From an uncultured Verrucomicrobiales bacterium (GTDB taxonomy: Bacteria > Verrucomicrobiota > Verrucomicrobiia > Verrucomicrobiales > DEV007), in the NCBI GenBank assembly GCA_938091905.1, contig CALKOM010000203.1, positions 1 to 16,576 of the forward strand: a stretch of 16,576 nucleotides of DNA, in the 5' to 3' direction. The first letter of the stretch is position 1, and the number at the start of each line of letters is the position of its first letter. Both the position numbers and the translations under genes were made by a program. Below, in pieces: positions 7,490-15,946 of this stretch. The notes below the pieces were generated by a model, which was given only the letters and a program-made list of their open reading frames with translations, did no database searches and had not been told where the DNA came from.

Positions 7490-8179
7490 TTAGATTTCAA
7501 AGTGCACTCCCTTCTTCTGCATCCGGCGATAAGCGCGTTCGTCGAAGCTGTAGAGACGGGCAGCCCGGTGAGCGACGTCTTTCTGGATCTGATTGAGATC
7601 TTTGAGGAATCCGAAGCTGAGGATCTTCTTGCGGAAGTTCCGCTTGTCCATGGGCTTCTCCAAGATGGTTTCGTGCATTTTTTGCAGTTGTGTAAGGGTG
7701 AACTTGCGAGGAAGTAGTTCGAAGCCTATCGGTTGGTAGCGGAGTTTCCCTTTTAAGCGCGCCAGGGCCATTTCAAAGATGTTGTTGTGATCAAAAGCGA
7801 GCTTTGGGATATCATTGATGGATAACCAGGCGGCGCTGCGTGCGTCTGTGGTGGCATGTAGTTTGTGTTCTGTGAGATTGACGAGCGCGTAGTAGGCGAC
7901 GCTGATGATGTGTTCTCGTGGGTCTCGTTTGGGGGCACCGAAGGTGTAGAGTTGCTCGAGGTAGACATTCGTTAGTCCGGTCTCTTCTCGTAGCTCGCGG
8001 GCTGCCGCGCCGTCGATAGATTCACCTGGACTAACGAATCCTCCTGGGATGGCCCACTTCCCTTCGAATGGGTCTATTCCGCGCTCGATTAAGAGTACCT
8101 TCAAATCGGAATCGTCGAGACCGAAGATGACGCAGTCCACGGTCAGCGCTGGACGTGGGTAGTCGTAGGAGTGCTTCAT
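7490..8179 (-). CDS. nrtR: NrtR-family Nudix-related transcriptional regulator (Nudix + wHTH)
   Basis: [10 protein letters not shown], Nudix box [42 protein letters not shown], and C-terminal wHTH FTLTQLQ..HE.IL...DKRNFRKK...RAARLY. Confidence 0.92.
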   Translation of the reverse strand: MKHSYDYPRPALTVDCVIFGLDDSDLKVLLIERGIDPFEGKWAIPGGFVSPGESIDGAAARELREETGLTNVYLEQLYTFGAPKRDPREHIISVAYYALVNLTEHKLHATTDARSAAWLSINDIPKLAFDHNNIFEMALARLKGKLRYQPIGFELLPRKFTLTQLQKMHETILEKPMDKRNFRKKILSFGFLKDLNQIQKDVAHRAARLYSFDERAYRRMQKKGVHFEI

Positions 8180-8206
8180 CTTTTAAGTTTAAACAATACA
8201 TTTAGC

Positions 8207-8227
8207 TTAGTGTGAAAGCGACACAAT
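8207..8227. promoter_or_regulatory. Candidate NrtR operator (GT-N7-AC palindrome)
   Basis: TTAGTGTGAAAGCGACACAAT = GTGT-N7-ACAC, 27 bp upstream of the nrtR ATG and flanked by TAGCT/AGCTA. It matches the established 21-bp NrtR consensus core GT-N7-AC. Confidence 0.7.
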
Positions 8228-8271
8228 AGCTAGTGGTGACTAGGCTTTCTCTGTGAGGGCTCATTTCCGCA

Positions 8272-8342
8272 ATGTCACGGTTTCGGCACATTCGGCCGCT
8301 TGAGAGGAGGCGGCATCGTGACTTCTGTTACGAGAAAGTCAC
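8272..8342 (+). promoter_or_regulatory. Two candidate Pho boxes upstream of pstS
   Basis: 11-bp-spaced direct repeats: GTCAC 8274 / GGCAC 8285, and CTGTTAC-GAGA-AAGTCAC (GTTAC 8327 / GTCAC 8338). Both resemble PhoB/PhoP-type half-sites. Confidence 0.55.
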
Positions 8343-8403
8343 CGAGCACATCTAGAGATATTCGATGGAAACTTCAGATTCGGCCCACAACTCATAGAAC
8401 ATC

Positions 8404-9279
8404 ATGACTAGAAACCAACTACTGAAACTTGGCGCCAAAGGCGCTCTTACTCTTGGAATCGCTTTCTCGTTCACCTCCTGTGGCGGTGGCGCCGACGGAG
8501 ATACGACGACAATCGACGTGAACGGCTCGGATACCATGCTCCAAGTGGGGCTGGCTTGGTCAGAGGCCTATCAGGCTGCGAATCCTGAGGTGCTAATCAA
8601 TGTAAACGGCGAAGGCACCGGAACGGGTGTGACCGCCATGATTAATGGCACGACTGATTTCGCGCAAGCGAGTCGACCACTGAAAGAGAAAGAGGTCGCG
8701 GACATCACCAAGGCTCGTGGAACGGCTCCGGTCGAGCACGTGGTCGGTTATGACGGCATTGCGGTGTTCATCCACCCTAGCAATGCTGTGAAGAGTCTTT
8801 CGATTCCCCAGCTTAAAGAGATCTGGGCAGAAGGTGGTAGCGTCAACAACTGGAATCAAGTTGGCGGGGCTGATGCTGAGATTCAGCGCTTTGGTCGAAG
8901 CAACAGTTCAGGAACGTATGGCTTCTTCCAGTCTGCTGTGTGTGGCAAAGGTGTGGAATACAAGCCGGGCACCGGCGCCCAGCCGGGCTCGACTGCGGTT
9001 GTGCACTTGTGTGAGAGCACGGAATCAGGCATTGGCTACAGTGGCATGGGCTACAAGAACGATAAGGTCGGCTGGCTCGCAGTGAGCAAGACCGAAGGTG
9101 GTCAGGAGTTTGAGCCTTCCAACGAGTCTGTGGCTTCCGGCGACTACCCGATTGCACGCAGCCTCTATATCTACACTCTCGGGGAGCCTACTGGCGCCGT
9201 GAAAGAGTACATGGACTGGATCAAAGGTGCCGAAGGGCAAGAGATCCTCGCGGGCGAAGATTTCGTCCCTCTCAACTAG
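8404..9279 (+). CDS. pstS: Phosphate ABC transporter substrate-binding lipoprotein
   Basis: Lipobox-like FSFTSC; motifs NGSDTM, GTGTG, ASR, GYDGIAV, RSNSSGT and YPIARSLYIY; first gene of the pst cluster. Confidence 0.93.
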   Translation: MTRNQLLKLGAKGALTLGIAFSFTSCGGGADGDTTTIDVNGSDTMLQVGLAWSEAYQAANPEVLINVNGEGTGTGVTAMINGTTDFAQASRPLKEKEVADITKARGTAPVEHVVGYDGIAVFIHPSNAVKSLSIPQLKEIWAEGGSVNNWNQVGGADAEIQRFGRSNSSGTYGFFQSAVCGKGVEYKPGTGAQPGSTAVVHLCESTESGIGYSGMGYKNDKVGWLAVSKTEGGQEFEPSNESVASGDYPIARSLYIYTLGEPTGAVKEYMDWIKGAEGQEILAGEDFVPLN

Positions 9280-9342
9280 TCCTTTCGCAAAGATATCTCG
9301 AACTCCAGCCGCTGCGGACTTTCTCCGCTTCACTAGCCGACT

Positions 9343-10281
9343 ATGTTTTCACGAATCCAAGCTCGTCTCGGAGCGCTTCTCGACAAGTTTGAGAAGCCTA
9401 TTCAGTGGCTCATCACGCTTTGCGGCTGGAGTTCGATCATCTTTGTCGTCGCCATCTTCTTCTTTATCTTCAAGGAGGCGGCACCTGTTTTCCCTCACCT
9501 CAATTGGGGTGAGTTCTTCTTTTCTCATCGCTGGATTCCGGTTCCCGCAGAAGGCAACGAGCCTGTCTATGGGGCCATGGGGATCATGTATGGCACCTTT
9601 GCGATCACGGTGGTGAGTATGTTTATTGCCATGCCACTCGGTCTCGGGGCGGCTGTCTACATCTCTGAATTTGCCACACCGAAGCTGAAAGAAACGCTGA
9701 AGATCCTAATCGAGTTTCTGGCGGCGATTCCCTCCATCATTTGGGGGTTCATTGGTCTCGTCATCATGGGGCCTATCATCCAGAACGTCTTTGGGATCGA
9801 AGTCGGGGTGAATCTACTCAATGCAAGTATCGTCGTCGGGCTGATGGCGGTGCCTCTCATTGTCTCTATTTCTGAAGACTCCCTGCGAGCGGTGCCTGAT
9901 TCGTATCGTGAAGCGTCTCTCGCGCTCGGTGCGAGTAAGTGGGAGATGATCTACCGCGTGCTCTTTCCTGCGGCGAAGAATGGTCTTCTCGCAGCCTGTA
10001 TGTTAGGCGTGGGACGCGCCGTTGGTGAAACCATGGCCGTTTGGATGGCCTCCGGAGGCACGGACAACATGCCGACGAATTACTTCGACCCCATGTTATT
10101 ACTTGAGCGGGTCAAGGCTTTGACGGCGACGATTGCTGGAGAGATTCCTGAGACCGTTCACGGCAGTGAGCACTATCAAGTGCTTTTCGTCATCGGCATC
10201 GTCCTTCTCATGATCAGCGTGGTCATCAATGTGGTCTCAGACCTCATCATTAAAGGGATCCACACAGACAAGAACGCCTAA
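9343..10281 (+). CDS. pstC: Phosphate ABC transporter permease PstC
   Basis: PLGLGAAVYISEFA, EFLAAIPSIIWG, EAA loop REASLALGASKW, GVGRAVGETMAV. Confidence 0.95.
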   Translation: MFSRIQARLGALLDKFEKPIQWLITLCGWSSIIFVVAIFFFIFKEAAPVFPHLNWGEFFFSHRWIPVPAEGNEPVYGAMGIMYGTFAITVVSMFIAMPLGLGAAVYISEFATPKLKETLKILIEFLAAIPSIIWGFIGLVIMGPIIQNVFGIEVGVNLLNASIVVGLMAVPLIVSISEDSLRAVPDSYREASLALGASKWEMIYRVLFPAAKNGLLAACMLGVGRAVGETMAVWMASGGTDNMPTNYFDPMLLLERVKALTATIAGEIPETVHGSEHYQVLFVIGIVLLMISVVINVVSDLIIKGIHTDKNA

Positions 10282-10293
10282 CCAATCGATTTC

Positions 10294-11205
10294 ATGGAAT
10301 CTACCAATCCCTTTGCCCCTAGCCCGGTCGAGAAGCGCAAGGCCACGACGGAGTCCATTGTGAAATGGGCCATGTTTGGAATGGCGATCCTGCTCATCGT
10401 TCCGGTGTTTGCCATTCTCTTTCAGCTCTTCTACAAAGCCTCGCCGGTTCTCTCTTTTAGCTATCTCTGGGATAGTCCGAAGAATCTTGGTCGTGAGGGA
10501 GGTATCTGGCTGCCCTTGATTGGCACCTTCTACCTTGTGGTCGTTTCGCTACTACTGGTGGCTCCGATCGGCATTCTCGCAGGTATTTATATCAATGAAT
10601 ACGCGCCGAATAACTGGCTGACTCGGATCATCAACATGGCGGTGACTAGCCTTGCGGGCGTCCCTAGTATTGTACACGCCCTCTTCGGTGTGGGCGCGTT
10701 CGTCCTCACCCTGGGCATGGGCCAGTCTCTGATGGCTGCCGCTTGTACGATCGCTGTCATGACGATTCCGGTGATCGTCACGGCAACCCGAGAAGCGCTG
10801 GCGGCCGTTCCGATGGCTTTCCGCGAGGCTTGTTGGAACATGGGGGCGACCAAGTGGCAAACGATTCGAACCATCGTCTTACCGAACTCCATCTCTGGTA
10901 TTCTCACCGGGGTGATCTTGGAGATCTCCCGAGCCGCTGGTGAAACGGCGCCGATTCTCTTCACAGGCGCAGCTGCTTCCGTCGCTGTGCGCATGTCTTC
11001 GTTAGGCGACAAGTTGATGCCTTATCAGTTGGACGAGCGTTTCATGGCGCTTTCCTATCATCTCCATGTGGTGGCCGAGAAGATCGCCGGTATGCCTGAA
11101 GAGATGCAGTATGGGACGGCTGCCGTGCTTATCGGTCTCATCCTCTTCATCAATAGCTTCTCAATCATCCTCCGCGTCTTCCTGCGCTCACGCAAGAAGT
11201 GGTAA
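10294..11205 (+). CDS. pstA: Phosphate ABC transporter permease PstA
   Basis: GGIWLPLIGT, PIGILAGIYINEY, LAGVPSIV, REAL.AVP..FREA...GATKWQTI, SRAAGETAPILFT. Confidence 0.95.
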   Translation: MESTNPFAPSPVEKRKATTESIVKWAMFGMAILLIVPVFAILFQLFYKASPVLSFSYLWDSPKNLGREGGIWLPLIGTFYLVVVSLLLVAPIGILAGIYINEYAPNNWLTRIINMAVTSLAGVPSIVHALFGVGAFVLTLGMGQSLMAAACTIAVMTIPVIVTATREALAAVPMAFREACWNMGATKWQTIRTIVLPNSISGILTGVILEISRAAGETAPILFTGAAASVAVRMSSLGDKLMPYQLDERFMALSYHLHVVAEKIAGMPEEMQYGTAAVLIGLILFINSFSIILRVFLRSRKKW

Positions 11206-11249
11206 GCGTAACCATCCCACTGACTGACTGACCGAGCGAGCTTTCTATC

Positions 11250-12002
11250 ATGAGCGTGCACATTGAATATAACAACGTCACCGTCTGCTATGGCGATGAC
11301 ATTGCCCTGGATGACATCGATCTAGAGATTCAAGAGAAGGAGGTCTTTAGCATTGTGGGACCTGCCAACTCTGGCAAGACGACCTTCCTGAAATGCATCA
11401 ACCGCACCATTGACCTCATCACAGGGACTAGCGTGGACGGCAAGATCCTGGTCTCTGGCGAAGATGTGGCCGAGATGTCGAACGTCTACGCGTTGCGTCG
11501 ACGTATTGGCATGGTCTTTCCCTTGCCGGTCGGGTTGCCCATGTCGATCTATGACAATGTGGCCTACGGCCCTCGTCGGCGCGGTGTTTCTGACAAGGCA
11601 GAGTTGGACGAGATTGTGGAGCGCTGCCTAAAGGATTCCGTTCTCTGGGATGAGGTCAAAGACCGTATCGACATGCTCGGGACCAAGCTCTCTGGAGGTC
11701 AACAACAACGCCTCACGCTAGCTCGTGCGCTCTCCCTTGAGCCCGAGATCCTCTGTCTCGATGAATTCTCGATCGCCATCGATCCAGTGACGACAATGAA
11801 GATCGAGGAAGTCCTCTCTGGCTTGAAGAAGAAGATGACAATCATCCTGGTCACGAACCTCACCCAGCAGGCTCGCCGGATGGCTGATCATGTTGCTTTC
11901 TTCAATGCATCCGAACTTGTGGAGTGGGGTGAAACCGAGAAACTCTTCGAGAATCCTGAGAAAGAGATCACGGGACGTTACCTGAATGGAGAGTTCGGTT
12001 AG
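11250..12002 (+). CDS. pstB: Phosphate ABC transporter ATP-binding protein, copy 1 (degenerate Q-loop and H-switch, intact signature)
   Basis: PstB-specific SIYDNVAYGPR and LWDEVKDR. Walker A GPANSGKTT, Q-loop GMVFPLP, signature LSGGQQQRL, Walker B/D-loop ILCLDEFSIAIDP, switch LVTNL. Confidence 0.9.
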   Translation: MSVHIEYNNVTVCYGDDIALDDIDLEIQEKEVFSIVGPANSGKTTFLKCINRTIDLITGTSVDGKILVSGEDVAEMSNVYALRRRIGMVFPLPVGLPMSIYDNVAYGPRRRGVSDKAELDEIVERCLKDSVLWDEVKDRIDMLGTKLSGGQQQRLTLARALSLEPEILCLDEFSIAIDPVTTMKIEEVLSGLKKKMTIILVTNLTQQARRMADHVAFFNASELVEWGETEKLFENPEKEITGRYLNGEFG

Positions 12003-12028
12003 ACACCAACTTGCACGTCGATACTATC

Positions 12029-12805
12029 ATGGCCGAAACAGAAGACTTCAGCATCCGCGTTAACGACTACAATCTTTGGTATGGGGATTTCCAGGCCCTA
12101 CACCACGTGACGGTGGATATCCGTCCTGGGATTGTCACCTCGCTCATCGGTCCTTCCGGCTGTGGCAAGACGACGCTCTTACGTTCCCTCAACCGAATCA
12201 ATGAGCGCTATGGGAACGTGAAGACCACGGGATCGATCGAGATCTTGAACAAGAATATTCTCGATGACGATGTCTCTCCTGCCACGTTGAGAAAGAACGT
12301 CGGCATGGTCTTTCAACGTCCGAATCCGCTTCCTATCTCAATCTATGAAAATGTCGTCTTCGGTATTCGCTCGCACGCCACGCGAGGTGAATTGAAAAAA
12401 GCGACGATGGACCAGGCGGTGGAAGAGGCTCTCACTGAGGTTGGCCTTTGGTCTGCAGTGAAAGACAATTTAAAGCGTAAAGCGACGGGATTGACGCTTG
12501 AGCAACAGCAGAAACTCTGCATCGCCCGTCTCCTTCCGCTAAAACCGCGCATCATCCTCATGGATGAACCTTGTTCTGCCCTTGACGCTGCGGGAATTGA
12601 GCGGATTGAAGAACTCATTGCCGAGTTGAAACAGCGCTTCACCATTGTTATCGTGACTCACAACATGGCTCAAGCGAAGCGTGCCAGCGACGAGTGCATC
12701 TACATGTATCTTGGAGAGATTGTTGAGCATAGCCCGACTGAGCAGCTCTTCGTCAATCCGAAGGAGGAGAAGACCGCAATGTACATTCAAGGGCGTTACG
12801 GTTGA
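12029..12805 (+). CDS. pstB: Phosphate ABC transporter ATP-binding protein, copy 2 (degenerate signature)
   Basis: Walker A GPSGCGKTT, Q-loop GMVFQRPNP, signature LTLEQQQKL, Walker B ILMDEPCSALD, switch IVTHNMAQA, C-terminus YIQGRYG. ATG 12029 is preferred over TTG 12011. Confidence 0.92.
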   Translation: MAETEDFSIRVNDYNLWYGDFQALHHVTVDIRPGIVTSLIGPSGCGKTTLLRSLNRINERYGNVKTTGSIEILNKNILDDDVSPATLRKNVGMVFQRPNPLPISIYENVVFGIRSHATRGELKKATMDQAVEEALTEVGLWSAVKDNLKRKATGLTLEQQQKLCIARLLPLKPRIILMDEPCSALDAAGIERIEELIAELKQRFTIVIVTHNMAQAKRASDECIYMYLGEIVEHSPTEQLFVNPKEEKTAMYIQGRYG

Positions 12806-12830
12806 TTCTTAACACTTACCCTATTATCCA

Positions 12831-13508
12831 ATGAGCACCGAATCTGGTTCCAATCATATCCTGTCGAACTTTCAGGATTCTCTCGATCAATTGCGCAAAG
12901 ACGTCCTCACGATGGCGAGCATGGCTCAGCTGAACCTGGACCATTCGGTTCGAGGTTTGCTAGATCGAGAAGGAAGTATGTGCAAGGCGGCGATTGCTGA
13001 TGATGAAGATGTGGATCAGTTAGAAAAACGTATCGATGAGGAGGGCATGCGGATTCTTGCGCTCTACAATCCCGTGGCTACCGATCTCAGAGCTGTCGTC
13101 GCGACCATGAAGATGGCGACGAATATTGAGCGTATTTCTGATGAGGCCGGAAACATTGCCCGTCGTGGGCGACTGGTGCTCAAGAATCCAGAGCTGTCGG
13201 AAGTGAATCTTCTCGAACCAGTCTACAAACTTGCCTCCGACATTCTGAATGATAGCATTCGGGCTTTTGCTGAGCACGATCTCGAAGCGGCTCGAGGGAT
13301 TGATGCGAAAGATGACAAATTAGACAATGCTCATAACGATCTCATCAAGCATTTGCGTAAGCGGATGGAAGAGGATCCGTCGCGTTTGAAGGACTACTTG
13401 GACTTCATGTTTATGGTGCGTTCGCTAGAGCGTGTAGGTGATCATGCGACGAACATCGCTGAAGACACGATCTACATCGAGTCTGCTGAGGACGTTCGTC
13501 ACGCCTAG
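12831..13508 (+). CDS. phoU: Phosphate signalling complex protein PhoU
   Basis: Two PhoU repeats: DEDVDQLE..PVATDLR..NIERISDEAGNIA and DDKLD..SLERVGDHATNIAE. Confidence 0.95.
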   Translation: MSTESGSNHILSNFQDSLDQLRKDVLTMASMAQLNLDHSVRGLLDREGSMCKAAIADDEDVDQLEKRIDEEGMRILALYNPVATDLRAVVATMKMATNIERISDEAGNIARRGRLVLKNPELSEVNLLEPVYKLASDILNDSIRAFAEHDLEAARGIDAKDDKLDNAHNDLIKHLRKRMEEDPSRLKDYLDFMFMVRSLERVGDHATNIAEDTIYIESAEDVRHA

Positions 13509-13548
13509 AGAGCGCTACACTTCGAAACAGACTGTAGCAGGAAGAGTA

Positions 13549-13583
13549 CTGAAATTGGCAGCAAGCCTCGTTAAGATGCTTGC
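13549..13583 (+). promoter_or_regulatory. Candidate leaderless promoter of the Tat-protein gene, overlapped by an inverted repeat
   Basis: CTGAAA (13549)-17 nt-TAAGAT (13572)-6 nt-ATG (13584). GCAAGC (13561) / GCTTGC (13578) bracket the -10. Confidence 0.45.
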
Positions 13584-14759
13584 ATGGACAGCAATCGTAC
13601 TTCCCGTCGCCGCTTTCTTCAGTCAGTCACGACGGCCTCTGCAGGAGCCCTTGTCCTTCCCCGGGCTGAAGCGGCTTCACTGCCTGATTACCGTGGGCCA
13701 AATGTCGTTATTGTCCGTTTCGGAGGTGGCGTGCGTCGACGGGAGACGATTGATCCCGAGCACACTTACGCGCCTTACCTGTGCAAGGAATTGACCAAGC
13801 GGGGTACCCTGTACCCGAATATGGTGCTCGATTCGCTGGAGAGCGTTGAGACCGGGCATGGTCAGGGGACTCTCTACATTCTGACCGGAAAGTATGCGAA
13901 ATACCGTGATGTGCACGGGGAAGTGTTAGGCGAGCGGTTTGAGGCAGAGATTCCGACGGTTTTCGAATACGTGCGCAAGGCCTACAACATCCCAGAACAT
14001 CAGACGCTCATCATTAATGGTGAGGATCGCAAGCAGGAGGAGTTCTACAGCTTTAGTAATCACCACCTCTTCGGGGTGAACTACAAATCAGAGGTGCTCT
14101 CACTCTTCCGTTACAAGATCTATTTGCTGCAGCAGCAGCTAGCTGAAGGGAAATGGCATGGCAAGAAACGCGCAGAGAAAGAGAAGGAACTGAGGGAGAT
14201 GGAAGCACTGGATTATCGGGCGAAAGGCAAACGGGACCCGGCGAATGTGGTCCAGGCGTTCTGGAAGAAGTGGCGCGACTATTTCGGAGAGAATGGCCTG
14301 GTCAATGCACGTGGGGATCGCTTGCTAACAGAGCTCTCATTGTGGTCTCTCAAGTATCTTCGGCCGAAGCTCATGATGGTGAACTACAATGACCCCGACT
14401 ACGTCCATTGGGGAAATATGAGCCATTACACACGTGGCATTTCTGTGATCGATGATGGTTTGCGTCAGCTTGTCGCTGCAACTGATGCTGATGAACACTA
14501 TCGTGACAATACGGTCTTCGTGATTGTGCCAGATTGTGGACGTGACAGCAATCCACTCATCTCTGTGCCTTGCCAGCACCATTTCAATTCGCGATCGGCC
14601 CATGAGATCTGGGCCCTTGTCATGGGGCCTGGGATTCGCAAGGGCGTCGTGGTTGATAAGCAGGTCGATCAGATCAGTATCGCGGCTACCATTGGGCAGT
14701 GCATGAACATGGAAACGGCCTACACGGAAGGTCCTGTTCTAGAGGACGCGATCTCATGA
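13584..14759 (+). CDS. Tat-exported alkaline-phosphatase/sulfatase-superfamily-like protein
   Basis: Tat motif SRRRFLQ with an AEA cleavage site. AP-superfamily topology: NVVIVRFGGGVR (first strand), TGHGQGTLYILTG, PKLMMVNYNDPDYVH, IDDGLRQL, NTVFVIVPDCGR, WALVMGPGI, VDQISIAATI. Confidence 0.7.
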   Translation: MDSNRTSRRRFLQSVTTASAGALVLPRAEAASLPDYRGPNVVIVRFGGGVRRRETIDPEHTYAPYLCKELTKRGTLYPNMVLDSLESVETGHGQGTLYILTGKYAKYRDVHGEVLGERFEAEIPTVFEYVRKAYNIPEHQTLIINGEDRKQEEFYSFSNHHLFGVNYKSEVLSLFRYKIYLLQQQLAEGKWHGKKRAEKEKELREMEALDYRAKGKRDPANVVQAFWKKWRDYFGENGLVNARGDRLLTELSLWSLKYLRPKLMMVNYNDPDYVHWGNMSHYTRGISVIDDGLRQLVAATDADEHYRDNTVFVIVPDCGRDSNPLISVPCQHHFNSRSAHEIWALVMGPGIRKGVVVDKQVDQISIAATIGQCMNMETAYTEGPVLEDAIS

Positions 14760-15946
14760 ATCAGCAGGTGACTGAGGTGGAAGAGAGTATGGCGACTCAG
14801 ACGGTGTCTGCAAAGCGCCATTGGTTTTGGGGAATCTGGAAATGGATTCTCGGTGCCGTGAGTTGCCAAGGGCCTGTGTTTGCATTGAACGGAGCGGGTT
14901 GGGCTTACCGCCTTGCGGAGCGGAGCGCCATGAAAGCTTGGTGGAAAGGCCAGTCTGCGCCGGGCGATCGGTTTCGTGAGGCTGCTCGGGTCACTCCGTT
15001 CTTGGCAGCTTACGAGCGGACACCGAACTGGATCTGGGCGCAGGATCGTGCCGCCCATGGCATGCTCATGCGTTGGGTGAACGGCTTGCTGAAAAACCTT
15101 TGGTTAGGCTTCTGTGCCTGGTTCCATTCACTCGTATTTCTCGTGGTGCCTAGCATTCTTATGATGGTGTCTTGGTACTCTGGCTGGGACAACTCGTTCA
15201 ACAAAGGCTACGAACAGTTCGCTGTTGGGCAGCAGCTAGGGTTGATAGGTGTCTTCTTGATGGTTGTCGTGATGTTTTACTTGCCGATGGCGCAAGCGCG
15301 CTTCGCCATGACCCAAGATGTGCGGAGCTTCTATGACTTTCGTCTGAATCGTCAGCTCATTCGAACTCAATGGATAGCCTGTCTTGGGCTTGTGGCAGGC
15401 TATGCCATCTCGGGGTTGCCGCTGATGGCCGCTGATAGTTTGCTAGGACTGATCACAGGAGAGAAGAGTTCCCAAGAACCGAATGCGTTGTCGGAATTGA
15501 CCGCAGCTCAGGCGCTTGGCTTCCTCCAGACGTACTTCTTCTGGTGGGGGTTCTATGTCTTTGGTGCGTTCGTGGCCCTGCGCTGTTGGGCAGCGAGGAT
15601 CTACGCGCGTGGAGTTCAACGCGCCACGCAGCAAGGGCGATTGAACGCGGAAACTCTCTCGGAAAAGGAACGCCAGGCAATTGACCACTTCCAGATGGCT
15701 TCGCGACCGCCTGTGGTGCGCGGGCGTGTTCGTGCTCTGGGTAGCAACGTGACGAGGATCTTTATTGGGGCGGTAGCAGCGGTGCTCCTCTGGCTAGGCT
15801 TTGGATTTCAAACCCACGTGAAGCAGTTCTTCAACTATCAGCACGAATTACGACGTTGGTCGAACCACCCGCTAGTGCAGATCCCCTGGTTCCACCACAT
15901 CCCGGCCCATTTGAAGGAAGGGAAGTTGGAGCCTGATTGGGATTAG
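14756..15946 (+). CDS. Polytopic membrane protein (possibly DUF4013-like)
   Basis: ATG 14756 overlaps the upstream stop (ATGA). It has about 6 hydrophobic segments and motif-like WYSGWDNSFNKGYEQ, YLPMAQARFA and QFFNY..WSNHPLVQIPW. Confidence 0.7.
   Translation: MNQQVTEVEESMATQTVSAKRHWFWGIWKWILGAVSCQGPVFALNGAGWAYRLAERSAMKAWWKGQSAPGDRFREAARVTPFLAAYERTPNWIWAQDRAAHGMLMRWVNGLLKNLWLGFCAWFHSLVFLVVPSILMMVSWYSGWDNSFNKGYEQFAVGQQLGLIGVFLMVVVMFYLPMAQARFAMTQDVRSFYDFRLNRQLIRTQWIACLGLVAGYAISGLPLMAADSLLGLITGEKSSQEPNALSELTAAQALGFLQTYFFWWGFYVFGAFVALRCWAARIYARGVQRATQQGRLNAETLSEKERQAIDHFQMASRPPVVRGRVRALGSNVTRIFIGAVAAVLLWLGFGFQTHVKQFFNYQHELRRWSNHPLVQIPWFHHIPAHLKEGKLEPDWD

Noticed and set aside
9315..9329. Small hairpin GCGGA-ctttc-TCCGC between pstS and pstC
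   Set aside because: The 5-bp stem could stabilise pstS mRNA but is too short to distinguish from chance.
11219..11235. ACTG tetranucleotide run between pstA and pstB
   Set aside because: Only about 3 units and intergenic; no evidence of phase variation.
13514..13538. GCTACA...TGTAGC inverted repeat after phoU as a terminator or REP remnant
   Set aside because: 6-bp stem, 13-nt loop, no U-tract and no internal REP stems.
14699..14755. Upstream ATG extension of the membrane protein (MHEHGNG...)
   Set aside because: It would overlap the previous gene by 61 bp; the ATGA coupling at 14756 is more plausible.
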